Shown: piece after piece, positions 38,831 to 50,200 of the stretch
Numbering within the stretch: the first letter of the stretch is position 1
Layout: every line of letters starts with the position of its first letter
NCBI GenBank assembly: GCA_049325515.1
Contig: JBMOLI010000006.1
Location: 29,328 to 93,327, forward strand
Length of the DNA: 64,000 nt
Source of the DNA: Actinomycetota bacterium
GTDB lineage: Bacteria > Actinomycetota > Acidimicrobiia > Acidimicrobiales > VFJN01
Direction: 5' to 3'
The notes under the pieces: generated by a model
Told to the model about the DNA's origin: nothing
Database searches by the model: none
What the model saw: only the letters and a program-made list of their open reading frames with translations
Position numbers and translations under genes: made by a program

Positions 38831-38849
38831 TTCTGACGGACCGTCAGAA
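38831..38849. promoter_or_regulatory. Operator candidate TTCTGACGGACCGTCAGAA
   Basis: Perfect 9-1-9 palindrome about 20 bp upstream of echA20. Confidence 0.8.
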
Positions 38850-38904
38850 ACCTAGGCCAAGCCCTCAGAGGCCACCAACCAACTCCAGCCGACCCACACC
38901 GAGC

Positions 38905-39000
38905 CGAGGCAATGGGTCCCGTCCACGCCAGGTCGAGGCGATGAGTCCCGCATGTGGGAGTCATGACCTCGGGCTCGCAGCAGTGGGACCCATCGCCTCG
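38905..39000. repeat. 96-bp composite palindrome, family C copy 2
   Basis: CGAGGCAATGGGTCCCGT-N11-CGAGGCGATGAGTCCCGC-AT-GTGGGAGTCATGACCTCG-N11-GTGGGACCCATCGCCTCG. Confidence 0.88.
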
Positions 39001-39020
39001 GGTGACGAGGTGAGCGAGAC

Positions 39021-39776
39021 ATGCCGATCACTATCGATCTGTCGGGGCAGGTGGCGCTCGTCACCGGCGGCACGAAGGGGATCGGTGCGGGCATCGCCGA
39101 GCGCCTGGCCGAAGCGGGCGCGACGGTCGTGGTGTGCGGCCGCAGCGAGCCGGCACAGACGACCACACATCAGTTCAAGGCATGTGACGTGCGCGAGCCA
39201 GCGCAGGTCGACGCGCTCATCGAGTCGATCGTCGCCGAGCACGGCCGGCTCGACGTCGCCGTCAACAACGCCGGCGGGTCGCCGAGTGCGGAAGCGGCCG
39301 ATGCGTCGCCCCGGTTCAGCGAGGCCATCATCCGGCTCAACCTGCTGGCGCCGCTGCACGTCGCGCAGGCAGCCAATCGGGTGATGCAGGGCCAGGCGGG
39401 CGGCGGGTCGATCGTCAACATCGCGAGCGTCAGCGGCCTGCGCCCGTCGCCGGGCACAGCCGCCTATGGCGCTGCCAAGGCCGGGCTGCTGAGCCTCACG
39501 CAGACGCTCGCGATCGAGTGGGCCCCAAACGTGCGCGTCAATGCTGTGTCGGCTGGTCTCGTCGCCACCGACGACAGCCTCGAGCACTACGGCGGTGAGG
39601 AGGGGCTGGCGCGGGTCGCCGCCACGGTTCCCGCCGGCCGCTTCGGCACTCCGTGCGATGTGGCGGACGCCGTCGTCTTCTTGGCGAGCCCGCTGGCCGC
39701 CTACGTCACCGGCAGCAACCTGCTCCTTCACGGTGGTGGAGAGTGGCCCGCCTTCCTGCGGGCCGCGCAGGGCTGA
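39021..39776 (+). CDS. SDR oxidoreductase, Rv3549c-like
   Basis: TGGTKGIG, NNAGGSP, YGAAKAG, HGGGE; divergent from echA20 as in mycobacteria. Confidence 0.88.
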   Translation: MPITIDLSGQVALVTGGTKGIGAGIAERLAEAGATVVVCGRSEPAQTTTHQFKACDVREPAQVDALIESIVAEHGRLDVAVNNAGGSPSAEAADASPRFSEAIIRLNLLAPLHVAQAANRVMQGQAGGGSIVNIASVSGLRPSPGTAAYGAAKAGLLSLTQTLAIEWAPNVRVNAVSAGLVATDDSLEHYGGEEGLARVAATVPAGRFGTPCDVADAVVFLASPLAAYVTGSNLLLHGGGEWPAFLRAAQG

Positions 39777-39789
39777 AGGTCCTGTTTGC

Positions 39790-40521
39790 TCAGGGCAGGT
39801 GCTGTGCGAAGAAGGCTTCGCTTGCGTCGATCTCCTCGACGGGCACAGCTGAGTGCGCGCCGGGATGGGCGTGGAGGCGCTTGTCCTTCGAACCGACCGA
39901 TCGGAACAGTGAGATCGCGGTGTCGACCGGGACGAGCTCGTCGTCGGTCTGCACCAAGAACAGCACCGGGCAGGTGATCGAGGTGGCTGCCGCTCCCCAG
40001 GGGTTGCCCTCGGCGAACGTGCCCATGAGGCCGAGGACTGCGCAGCGGACGTCGGACGTGGCTGCCACGAACGGCAAGCCGAACATCGTGCCCATCGAGA
40101 GTCCCCAATAGCCGAGTGGGCCCTCGCCCACGTCGGGCAAGGCACGCAGCGATCGCAGCGTGGCGGTCCAGTCGGCGGTCATCTGCTCGGAGGCTGCCGT
40201 CACGTGGTCGAGGAACCCGCGGGGGATGCCAGCGGTCTCTGAGCCCTCGCGTGTGAGCGTCGCACCCTGGCGATCGCCGTGACCAGGTCCGTCGATCGAA
40301 GCCACCGCATACCCGGCGTGGCGCACGAGGCGGCGTGCGAGCGAGAGCACGTAGGGCATGCGCTTGTGCCCTCCGCCGCCGTGGCCGACGAGGACGAGCG
40401 GCCGTGCACCGCCTGCCCCCTCCGGGGTCCACAGGATCCCCGGCACCACCCCTGAGTGGCCCTCGACGTCGAAGCGCCGCTCGGTCACACCGTGACTTGT
40501 CGTCTCCCCCGAGATGTGCAT
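39790..40521 (-). CDS. Alpha/beta hydrolase (dienelactone-hydrolase-like)
   Basis: GHGGG, GLSMG nucleophile elbow, DELVP, PGAH. Confidence 0.85.
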   Translation of the reverse strand: MHISGETTSHGVTERRFDVEGHSGVVPGILWTPEGAGGARPLVLVGHGGGGHKRMPYVLSLARRLVRHAGYAVASIDGPGHGDRQGATLTREGSETAGIPRGFLDHVTAASEQMTADWTATLRSLRALPDVGEGPLGYWGLSMGTMFGLPFVAATSDVRCAVLGLMGTFAEGNPWGAAATSITCPVLFLVQTDDELVPVDTAISLFRSVGSKDKRLHAHPGAHSAVPVEEIDASEAFFAQHLP

Positions 40522-40557
40522 CCCGGGAGCGTAGGCCGACCGGTGATGCATGCGAGA

Positions 40558-40581
40558 GGGCCCCGGCCGCAGCCGGGGCCC
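40558..40581 (-). terminator. GC-rich hairpin downstream of hppA (probable intrinsic terminator)
   Basis: GGGCCCCGGC-CGCA-GCCGGGGCCC perfect 10-bp stem; no U tract. Confidence 0.55.
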
Positions 40582-40610
40582 AGCTCAGTCCGTGACGGAG
40601 ACGGATCGCG

Positions 40611-43024
<2,414 letters not shown>

Positions 43025-43028
<4 letters not shown>

Positions 43029-43759
43029 GCATGCTTCCTCTGGGTCGTGTGAGCAATGGTGTGCTCACCGGTCTCTGGGGACAGGTCGGCCGCGGCGAGC
43101 CCGCGGCGGGTTACGTAGATCTGACGCGCGACTCGCTCGCCCAGCGTGCGGTCCTGCCCGTCGACCTTGACGACGAGCGGGCCATCGAACGGGTGCTTCT
43201 CGACGACGGCGACCTCGACGCCGGGCACGAGCCCGAGCGTGCCGAGGAAGGTCACGAGCTCAGGGTCGGTCGATCCCGACAGCGCGACCTCGGCGACCTC
43301 GCCGGGCTCTAGCGCGTAGAGCGTCGGTGTTGCGGGCAGCTCGCGGTCATCCGCGGTGGGGATGGGAAAGCCGTGCGGGCAGGTGGCCGGGCGGTGCAGC
43401 GCTATGTAGAGGCGCTCGAGGACCTCGTCGGGCAGCTCGTGCTCGAATCCCACTGCGAGCTTGTCGGCCTCGTTCCACGCGTAGCCGAGCATGTCGGCGA
43501 GGAAGCGCTCGACGATGCGGTGCCGCCGGATGGCGGCGATGGCGGTCTTGCGGCCCGCGGCTGTGAAGCTCACGCCTTGGTAGGGGCGGTGGTCGACGAG
43601 CTCACGATCGGCGAGGCGCTTCACGGTCGTGGTGACCGTGCCGGGGGAGAGCCCGAGCACGTCCGCGAGCGCGCCAGTGTGCGCCTCTGACCCGTCGCGG
43701 GTGAGGCGGTATATCGCCTTCAGGGCCTCTCGTTCGGACTTCGTGAGGGAGTCGTCCAC
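43025..43759 (-). CDS. DtxR/MntR-family metal-dependent regulator with FeoA-like domain
   Basis: HTH, RRHRIVERFL, FEHEL, TCPHGFPIP, LGLVPG..PFDGP; stop overlaps hppA ATG (ATGA); start inferred at GTG 43759. Confidence 0.88.
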
Positions 43760-43946
43760 CGGCTCGATCTGGTCAGTTGTTTGGTCCGCCCAAAACTGGA
43801 CTTTGAACTGGGCGCGCTCAGAGCGCGCACATACCACCAGACGAGCACGGTCAGGGGCAAAACGGCTGCGGCGCGGGGCTTGCGATGCCAACGCGTGCTA
43901 GACGATGGCGATCATCCTCAGGCTGGTCGAGCGAGGTGCACGGAGC

Positions 43947-44696
43947 ATGGAAGCAGCGCCAGCGCGAGACCCCCACGGGCCGCTCTTCTTCGTGCACGTG
44001 ATGAAGACGGGCGGCTCGACCTTCGCGGTGCGGCTGAAGAGGGAGCTGGGGCGCGAGTCCGTCTTCCCGTACTTCGGGATCGACCCGGTCGAAGTGATGA
44101 CGAACCTGAGCGTCGGCTATCTGACCTCGCAGCCACTCGAGAGGCTCAACCAAGTCCGTGCGTTCGCCGGTCACTACCCCTTCTTCGCGGCGCGGCTCGT
44201 CCCCACGCCTTCCCTGGTGCTCACCATCCTGCGCGACCCGGTGGAGCGCGCCATCTCCCATCTGAAGCAGCACCGCCGCGAGAAGGGCCAAGAGAGCCGC
44301 TCGCTCGAGGACATCTACGAGCGCGGCTTCGCAAGGCCCCTCTACATCGACAACTTCCAGGTGCGCGTCTTCGCGCTCACCGAGGCGGACGGAGCCGATG
44401 ACGTCCAGCAGCCGATCGAGATCGACGACCGGCGCATGTCGATCGCCAAGGAGCACCTCGAGGAGGTCGACATCCTTGGGCTGACTGATCACCACGCAGA
44501 GTTCGTTGCCGAGGTCGTCAGGCGACTGGGCTGGTCGAACCGGGGCGTGGGCAACCAGCGCGTGTCGGAGCCCGTTGAGGTGCCGAGCTCGTTGCGCCAG
44601 AAGCTGATCCAGGACAACGAAGCCGACAGGGAGTTCTACGCCTTCGCCCGAGACCTGTATGAGCGGAGGCGCCGCAGGGGCTCAGTGGTCGTGTGA
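43947..44696 (+). CDS. Sulfotransferase (family 2-like)
   Basis: HVMKTGGST (5'-PSB loop), TILRDPVERAIS (3'-PB), N..D..FY. Confidence 0.8.
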   Translation: MEAAPARDPHGPLFFVHVMKTGGSTFAVRLKRELGRESVFPYFGIDPVEVMTNLSVGYLTSQPLERLNQVRAFAGHYPFFAARLVPTPSLVLTILRDPVERAISHLKQHRREKGQESRSLEDIYERGFARPLYIDNFQVRVFALTEADGADDVQQPIEIDDRRMSIAKEHLEEVDILGLTDHHAEFVAEVVRRLGWSNRGVGNQRVSEPVEVPSSLRQKLIQDNEADREFYAFARDLYERRRRRGSVVV

Positions 44697-44850
44697 GCGG
44701 TCGAGGCGGCACCGCCCCCGGGCCGGCCGCACGGTCGGCCGGCGCTACGGCGTAGCCTGCATCCACCTCCGGCCGTTTGTGGGCGCCCGGCGGGCCAGAC
44801 CTTGGGCACTCGCGTCACTCGGACGGGAGTCAGGAACAGGGAGCGTGTGC

Positions 44851-45294
44851 ATGTCCACCACTGCGGTGCCGGCCGTCGAGGGCTGGTTCACCACCGATGC
44901 CGAACCGAGGCTGCTCGGCACCCGCTGCACGTCTTGCGGCACGGTGTTCTTCCCGAAGGCGAGCGGCTTCTGCCGCAACCCCGAGTGCCGGGGACGTTCA
45001 TTCGAAGACGTCGAGCTGTCCCGTGTCGGCAAGGTGTGGAGCTACACCGATGCCCAGTACCAGCCGCCGCCGCCGTACATCCCGCCCGCAGACACCCACG
45101 AGCCGTTCGCCATCGCGGCGGTCGAGCTGGCCGAGGAGCAGGTCGTGATCCTCGGCCAGGTGGCCAAGGGGTTCGGAGTGGACGACCTGCGAGTCGGGGC
45201 AGAGGTGGAGCTGGTCGTGGAACCGCTCTACGAGGTCGACGGCGTGGACCACCTCATCTACAGATGGAAGCCGGTCGCCGGGAGCGGGTCATGA
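44851..45294 (+). CDS. Zn-ribbon OB-fold (DUF35) protein, Rv1628c-like
   Basis: CTSC..FFP...CRNPEC, GKVWSYT; ATGA-coupled to Ltp. Confidence 0.9.
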   Translation: MSTTAVPAVEGWFTTDAEPRLLGTRCTSCGTVFFPKASGFCRNPECRGRSFEDVELSRVGKVWSYTDAQYQPPPPYIPPADTHEPFAIAAVELAEEQVVILGQVAKGFGVDDLRVGAEVELVVEPLYEVDGVDHLIYRWKPVAGSGS

Positions 45295-46490
45295 GCGCGC
45301 CAGAGTCAGTCGCCGTCCTCGGGGTCGGCATGCACGAGTGGGGCAAGTGGGGCCGGCCATTCCATGAGTACGGCATCGACGCGGCGCTTGCCGCCCTCGA
45401 CGACGCCGGCATCGACTGGGCCGATGTGCAGTTCGTCGCCGGCGGCGAGACGGTCCGCAACGGCTACCCGGGCTACGTCGCCGCCGCCACGATCACGCAG
45501 GCACTGGGCTGGAACGGTGCCCGGGTTGCCACCTGCTACGCCGCGTGCGCCTCGGGCGTGACCGCTCTCGACGCGGCACGAGCGCGGATCCTCGCCGGTC
45601 TGTGCGACGTCGCTCTCGTGGTTGGGGCAGACACCACGCCCAAGGGCTTCCTCGCGCCGGTCGCGGGCGAGCGCTGGGACGATCCCGACTGGCTGCGGTT
45701 CCGCCTGCTCGGTGCCACCAACCCCACCTACTTCGCGCTGTACGCCCGCCGCCGCGTCGACCTCTACGGTGCCACCGACGCCGACTTCGCCAAGGTGAAG
45801 GTGAAGAACGCGCGCCACGGGCTTCACAACCCCAACGCGAGGTACCGCAAGGAGGTGACCGTCGACGAGGTGCTCGCCTCGCCGATGGTGGCCGACCCGC
45901 TACGCCTGCTCGAGATCTGCGCCACCTCCGACGGTGCGGCCGCGGTCGTGCTCACGTCGATGGACTACGCCCGCAAGCGCGCCGGAGTCGCCTCACCCGT
46001 GCGCATCCGGGCCGTCTCGACCGTCACGCCGCGCTTCCCGAACACGGTGATCGAGATGCCCAACTTCTCGACCGACTCGGCTGCCGCGCTGGCGCCACCC
46101 GAGCTCACCTTCCGCGACTCGATCGCTGCCGGCGCCTACGAGGAGGCCGGCATCGGCCCCGACGAGCTCAGCCTGGCCGAGGTCTACGACCTGTCGACCG
46201 CTCTCGAGCTCGACTGGTACGAGAACATCGGCCTCTGCAAGCCGGGCGAAGCCGAGAAGCTGCTCAACGACGGCGACACGACGATCGGTGGGCGCATCCC
46301 CGTCAACCCGAGCGGCGGGCTCGCCTGCTTCGGCGAGGCGGTTCCCGCGCAGGCGATCGCCCAGGTCTGCGAGGTCACGTGGCAGCTGCGCGGCCAGGCC
46401 GCCGGCCGCCAGGTCGAGGGTGCCAGCGCCGGGCTCACGGTCAACCAGGGCCTCTTCGGCCACGGCAGCGCCGTCCTGCTGACGAGCTGA
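45291..46490 (+). CDS. Thiolase-like lipid-transfer protein (SCP2-thiolase), Rv1627c-like
   Basis: GMHEWGKWG, RNGYPG, ICATSDGAAA, EVYDLS, NPSGGL. Confidence 0.9.
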   Translation: MSAPESVAVLGVGMHEWGKWGRPFHEYGIDAALAALDDAGIDWADVQFVAGGETVRNGYPGYVAAATITQALGWNGARVATCYAACASGVTALDAARARILAGLCDVALVVGADTTPKGFLAPVAGERWDDPDWLRFRLLGATNPTYFALYARRRVDLYGATDADFAKVKVKNARHGLHNPNARYRKEVTVDEVLASPMVADPLRLLEICATSDGAAAVVLTSMDYARKRAGVASPVRIRAVSTVTPRFPNTVIEMPNFSTDSAAALAPPELTFRDSIAAGAYEEAGIGPDELSLAEVYDLSTALELDWYENIGLCKPGEAEKLLNDGDTTIGGRIPVNPSGGLACFGEAVPAQAIAQVCEVTWQLRGQAAGRQVEGASAGLTVNQGLFGHGSAVLLTS

Positions 46491-46494
46491 CCAA

Positions 46495-46556
46495 CAACCA
46501 ACGTCTGTGAACCCCGGCGGCCGCATGGCGGACGCGGCGGTTCACAGACGTGGTGG
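46495..46556. repeat. Family A palindromic element copy 6
   Basis: CAACCAACGTCTGTGAAC-N27-GTTCACAGACGTGGTGG. Confidence 0.93.
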
Positions 46557-46565
46557 ACTTGGGCC

Positions 46566-46949
46566 ATGACCGTGAACTTGAACCACACGATCGTGCACGC
46601 CCGCGACGCCGAGGCGTCGGCGGCCTTCCTGTCCGAGATGCTGGGCCTGGCAGCGCCGCGCCGCTTCGGTCCGTTCGTGATCGTCGACGTCGACAACGGA
46701 GTGTCGCTCGACTTCATGACGACGGGCCCGGAGTGGGACATCACGATCGAGCACTACGCGTTCCTGGTCAGCGAGCCCGAGTTCGACGAGATCTTCGGGC
46801 GCATCGAGGAGCGAGGTCTGCCGTACTGGGCCGACCCGCACGGCAACGAGCCCGGCGAGATCAACCATCACGACGGCGGCCGGGGCGTCTACTGGCACGA
46901 CCCGGACGGCCACATGCTCGAGATCATCACCGTTCCCTACGGCGGCTGA
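46566..46949 (+). CDS. VOC/glyoxalase family protein
   Basis: LNHTIV, HYAFLVSE, GGRGVYW.DPDGH.LE. Confidence 0.92.
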   Translation: MTVNLNHTIVHARDAEASAAFLSEMLGLAAPRRFGPFVIVDVDNGVSLDFMTTGPEWDITIEHYAFLVSEPEFDEIFGRIEERGLPYWADPHGNEPGEINHHDGGRGVYWHDPDGHMLEIITVPYGG

Positions 46950-46957
46950 CCCACCAA

Positions 46958-47012
46958 CAACCAACGTCTGTGAACCCTGACGGCCGCATGGCGGACATGG
47001 GGGTTCACAGAC
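46958..47012. repeat. Family A palindromic element copy 7
   Basis: CAACCAACGTCTGTGAAC-N27-GTTCACAGAC. Confidence 0.93.
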
Positions 47013-47230
47013 CGCTGTCCAGCAACTCGACCTGCCCGCCCGCGGGTCGTGTCCGCTGCGGCTTCGCTCGTTGGCTCTGTGGAGTCCCGAGGGTGGACGA
47101 AATCGGAAAAATCAGATATTAATCCCAGAGCCCTTTGGAGGGTGTTGGGCGGTTCAGGCCGGTTGAGGTGTAGCGCAAGCGCGCATCTGCGCCTTCGCAT
47201 CGTCGCCGTCCGCCGCAAGGAGGACGGGTC

Positions 47231-50200
47231 ATGCAGAGCGTCGGGCGGTCCGGGAGCGTTGTGCAGAGGAGTTCACGCACCCGCCGGAGGCTCGGCCGCC
47301 GGCTCGCGGTCGTGGCCGCCGGGACGTCGACCCTCCTCCTGACACCGCTGGCCCTCGAGACGTCTCCGGTTCGTGCAGCGCCGACATCAGCCACGCTCGA
47401 GCAGTGTGCGAACGGATCAGCGCAGGCGCCGAACGAACCCGCCTGCGACCCCGAATCGTGGGTCTCCGGGAACCTCGGCGCCAGCAAGTCCCACTACCTC
47501 GAGGGCGACTCGATCCCTTATCGGATGCGGTTCGGCGGATTGGCCCCCGGAAGCACTCACGCGGTCGACATCGAGTGGGACACCACCAAGGCCGGCAAGC
47601 ACGCCCTCGACTACCTGACGACCTTCGACCGCACCGTGACCACCGCCAACCCGTGCGCGCTGTCGGCGTCGAAGTCGGTCCCGGGATGCAGCCCCGGGTC
47701 CTACTCGAGCTACGCGATTCCGTCCGACCCTCAGGTGGCAAGTGCCGGTGTCTCACAGGTCCCCGGCGAGTTCCGCCTCTATGGGGGCACGATCACTGCG
47801 ATTGGCGCCGTGCGGCCGGGCGCAGGGCCCTACTCCTATGACGAGCCCGGGTTCGAGGGCGACCGCAGCGCGTCCATTCGTGTCACCTTCACCGCCGGCT
47901 CAGCCGAGCCGGTGCTGGCATGGGGCGGCCACATCGCGGCGCGCGCCGATTGGGGCTCGTTGGAGTCGGCTGTAGCTATCAATGGCTCGCCATACCACAT
48001 GCGCTTGCTGGGCCTTGACGGATCCGGCGGCAACCAGGACCGGTCTCTCAGCGCAGAGGCGGTCATCTTCCCCAGCTCGCTGAAGGTCATCAAGGACGCT
48101 GCCCCCGACCACTCGCAGGACTTCGCGTTCACCGCTTCCGATCTCTCACCAACCAGCTTCAGCCTGGACGACGACTCGGACGCGACCTTGAGCAACGAGC
48201 AGATCTTCAGCGACATCACCTCCTTCGGGACGAAGTCGGTGACAGAGGGAGCCGTCAACGGGTGGGCTCTCAGCTCGATCAGCTGCACCTTCACGGGGGA
48301 CGGCTCCGACGGGTCATCTTCGAACCTCACCACGCGCACGCTGTCGATCGAGATGGAGGAGGGTCAGGACTACGTCTGCACCTTCACCAACACGCGACAG
48401 ACGGGTTTGCTGCGCGTGATCAAGCAGTCATCACCGGCGTCGCCATCACAGTTCTCGCTGCACGTGACGCAGGGTGGCAGCGATGTGGCGGGAAGCCCGG
48501 AGCCTGGCTCGGCGTCGGGAACGGACTACACCCTTCCCGTCGGCACCTACCTGGTCTCTGAGTCCGGCGGTCCTGCCGGGTACACAGCCGACTTCAGCGG
48601 TTGCGGCGACACGGGCTCCGTCTTGGTTCTCGACGGACAGACCACCACATGCACGATCGTCAACCGCCCGGCGGCGCTGGGGCTGGTGGTCGCCAAGTCG
48701 GCGAGTCCCACGGCGATCGCAGAGCCCGGGGGCACGATCACCTTCACCGTCGACGTGACGAACAGCTCCGCGGTCGCGGTGACCATCGTGTCTCTCGTCG
48801 ACGATCCCTACGGTCCGCTCTCCGGAGATGCGGACTGCCAGGTGGGCACCGCGCTGGAGGCTGGCGCATCGTGCTCGTTCGACTTCACGGCCACCGTCAC
48901 GGGCAACGCCGGCACTGAGCACACCGACACCGTCACGGTCGTGGCGAAGGACGCCGAAGATCGTGAGACCACGGGCTCCGCCTCCGCCACGGTGACGATC
49001 ACCGACGAGCCACCGTCGATAGACGTGGCCAAGTCCGCTGACGTCGTCTCGGTCTCCGAGAACGCCGGAGGTCAGGCGACCTACACGGTTCGGGTGTCGA
49101 ACTCGTCGATCGAGAGCGTCACGATCACGGCCATTGCCGACGATCCGTTCGGTGCACAGGCCGGTGGTGAGGACTGTCAGGTGGGCACGGTGTTGGCGGC
49201 GGGGGCGTCGTGTGAGTTCAGCTACACGGGCGCGGTGCCGGCGGGTGATGCGAGTGGTGAGCCGTTCGTGAACACGGTGTCTGTCACGGCTCAGGACAAC
49301 GACGGCAACGAGGCCGGCGACGACGGTTCGGCCATCGTCGACTACACCGATGATCTGCCCAGCCTGGCGGTCGACAAGTCGGCCGCTCCCGACTCGGTGC
49401 CGGAGAACACCGGCGGGTCGGTCACCTACACGGTGAGGGTGTCGAACCTGTCGGGTGAGTCGGTGGCGGTCAGCTCGATCGCGGATGATCGCTTCCCTCA
49501 TGCGGTGGGTGATGAGGACTGTCAGGTGGGCACGGTGTTGGCGGCGGGGGCGTCGTGTGAGTTCAGCTACACGGGCGCGGTGCCGCCGGGTGATGCGAGT
49601 GGTGAGCCGTTCGTGAACACGGTGTCTGTCACGGCTCAGGACAACGACGGCAACGAGGCCGGCGACGACGGTTCGGCCATCGTCGACTACACCGATGATC
49701 TGCCCAGCCTGGCGGTCGACAAGTCGGCCGCTCCCGACTCGGTGCCGGAGAACACCGGCGGGTCGGTCACCTACACGGTGAGGGTGTCGAACCTGTCGGG
49801 TGAGTCGGTGGCGGTCAGCTCGATCGCGGATGATCGCTTCCCTCATGCGGTGGGTGATGAGGACTGTCAGGTGGGCACGGTGTTGGCGGCGGGGGCGTCG
49901 TGTGAGTTCAGCTACACGGGCGCGGTGCCGCCGGGTGACGCGAGTGGTGAGCCGTTCGTGAACACGGTGACTGTGACGGCTCAGGACAACGACGGCAACG
50001 AGGCCGGCGACGACGGCAGCGCCAGCGTCGACTATGACGACGATCTGCCCAGCCTGGCGGTCGACAAGTCGGCCGCTCCCGACTCGGTGCCCGAGAACAC
50101 GGGTGGGTCGGTGACCTACACGGTGACGGTGACGAACCTGTCGGGTGAGTCGGTGACCGTCACCTCGATCGCGGACGATCCGTTCGGTGCACAGGCCGGT

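Noticed and set aside
38873-38883. CACCAACCAAC resembling the outer end of a family A arm
   Set aside because: Only 11 bp with no GTCTGTGAAC or partner arm; may be a remnant but cannot be supported.
43947-44696. Sulfotransferase as part of the steroid pathway
   Set aside because: It has no shared operator or coupling with the HIP genes; proximity alone is insufficient.
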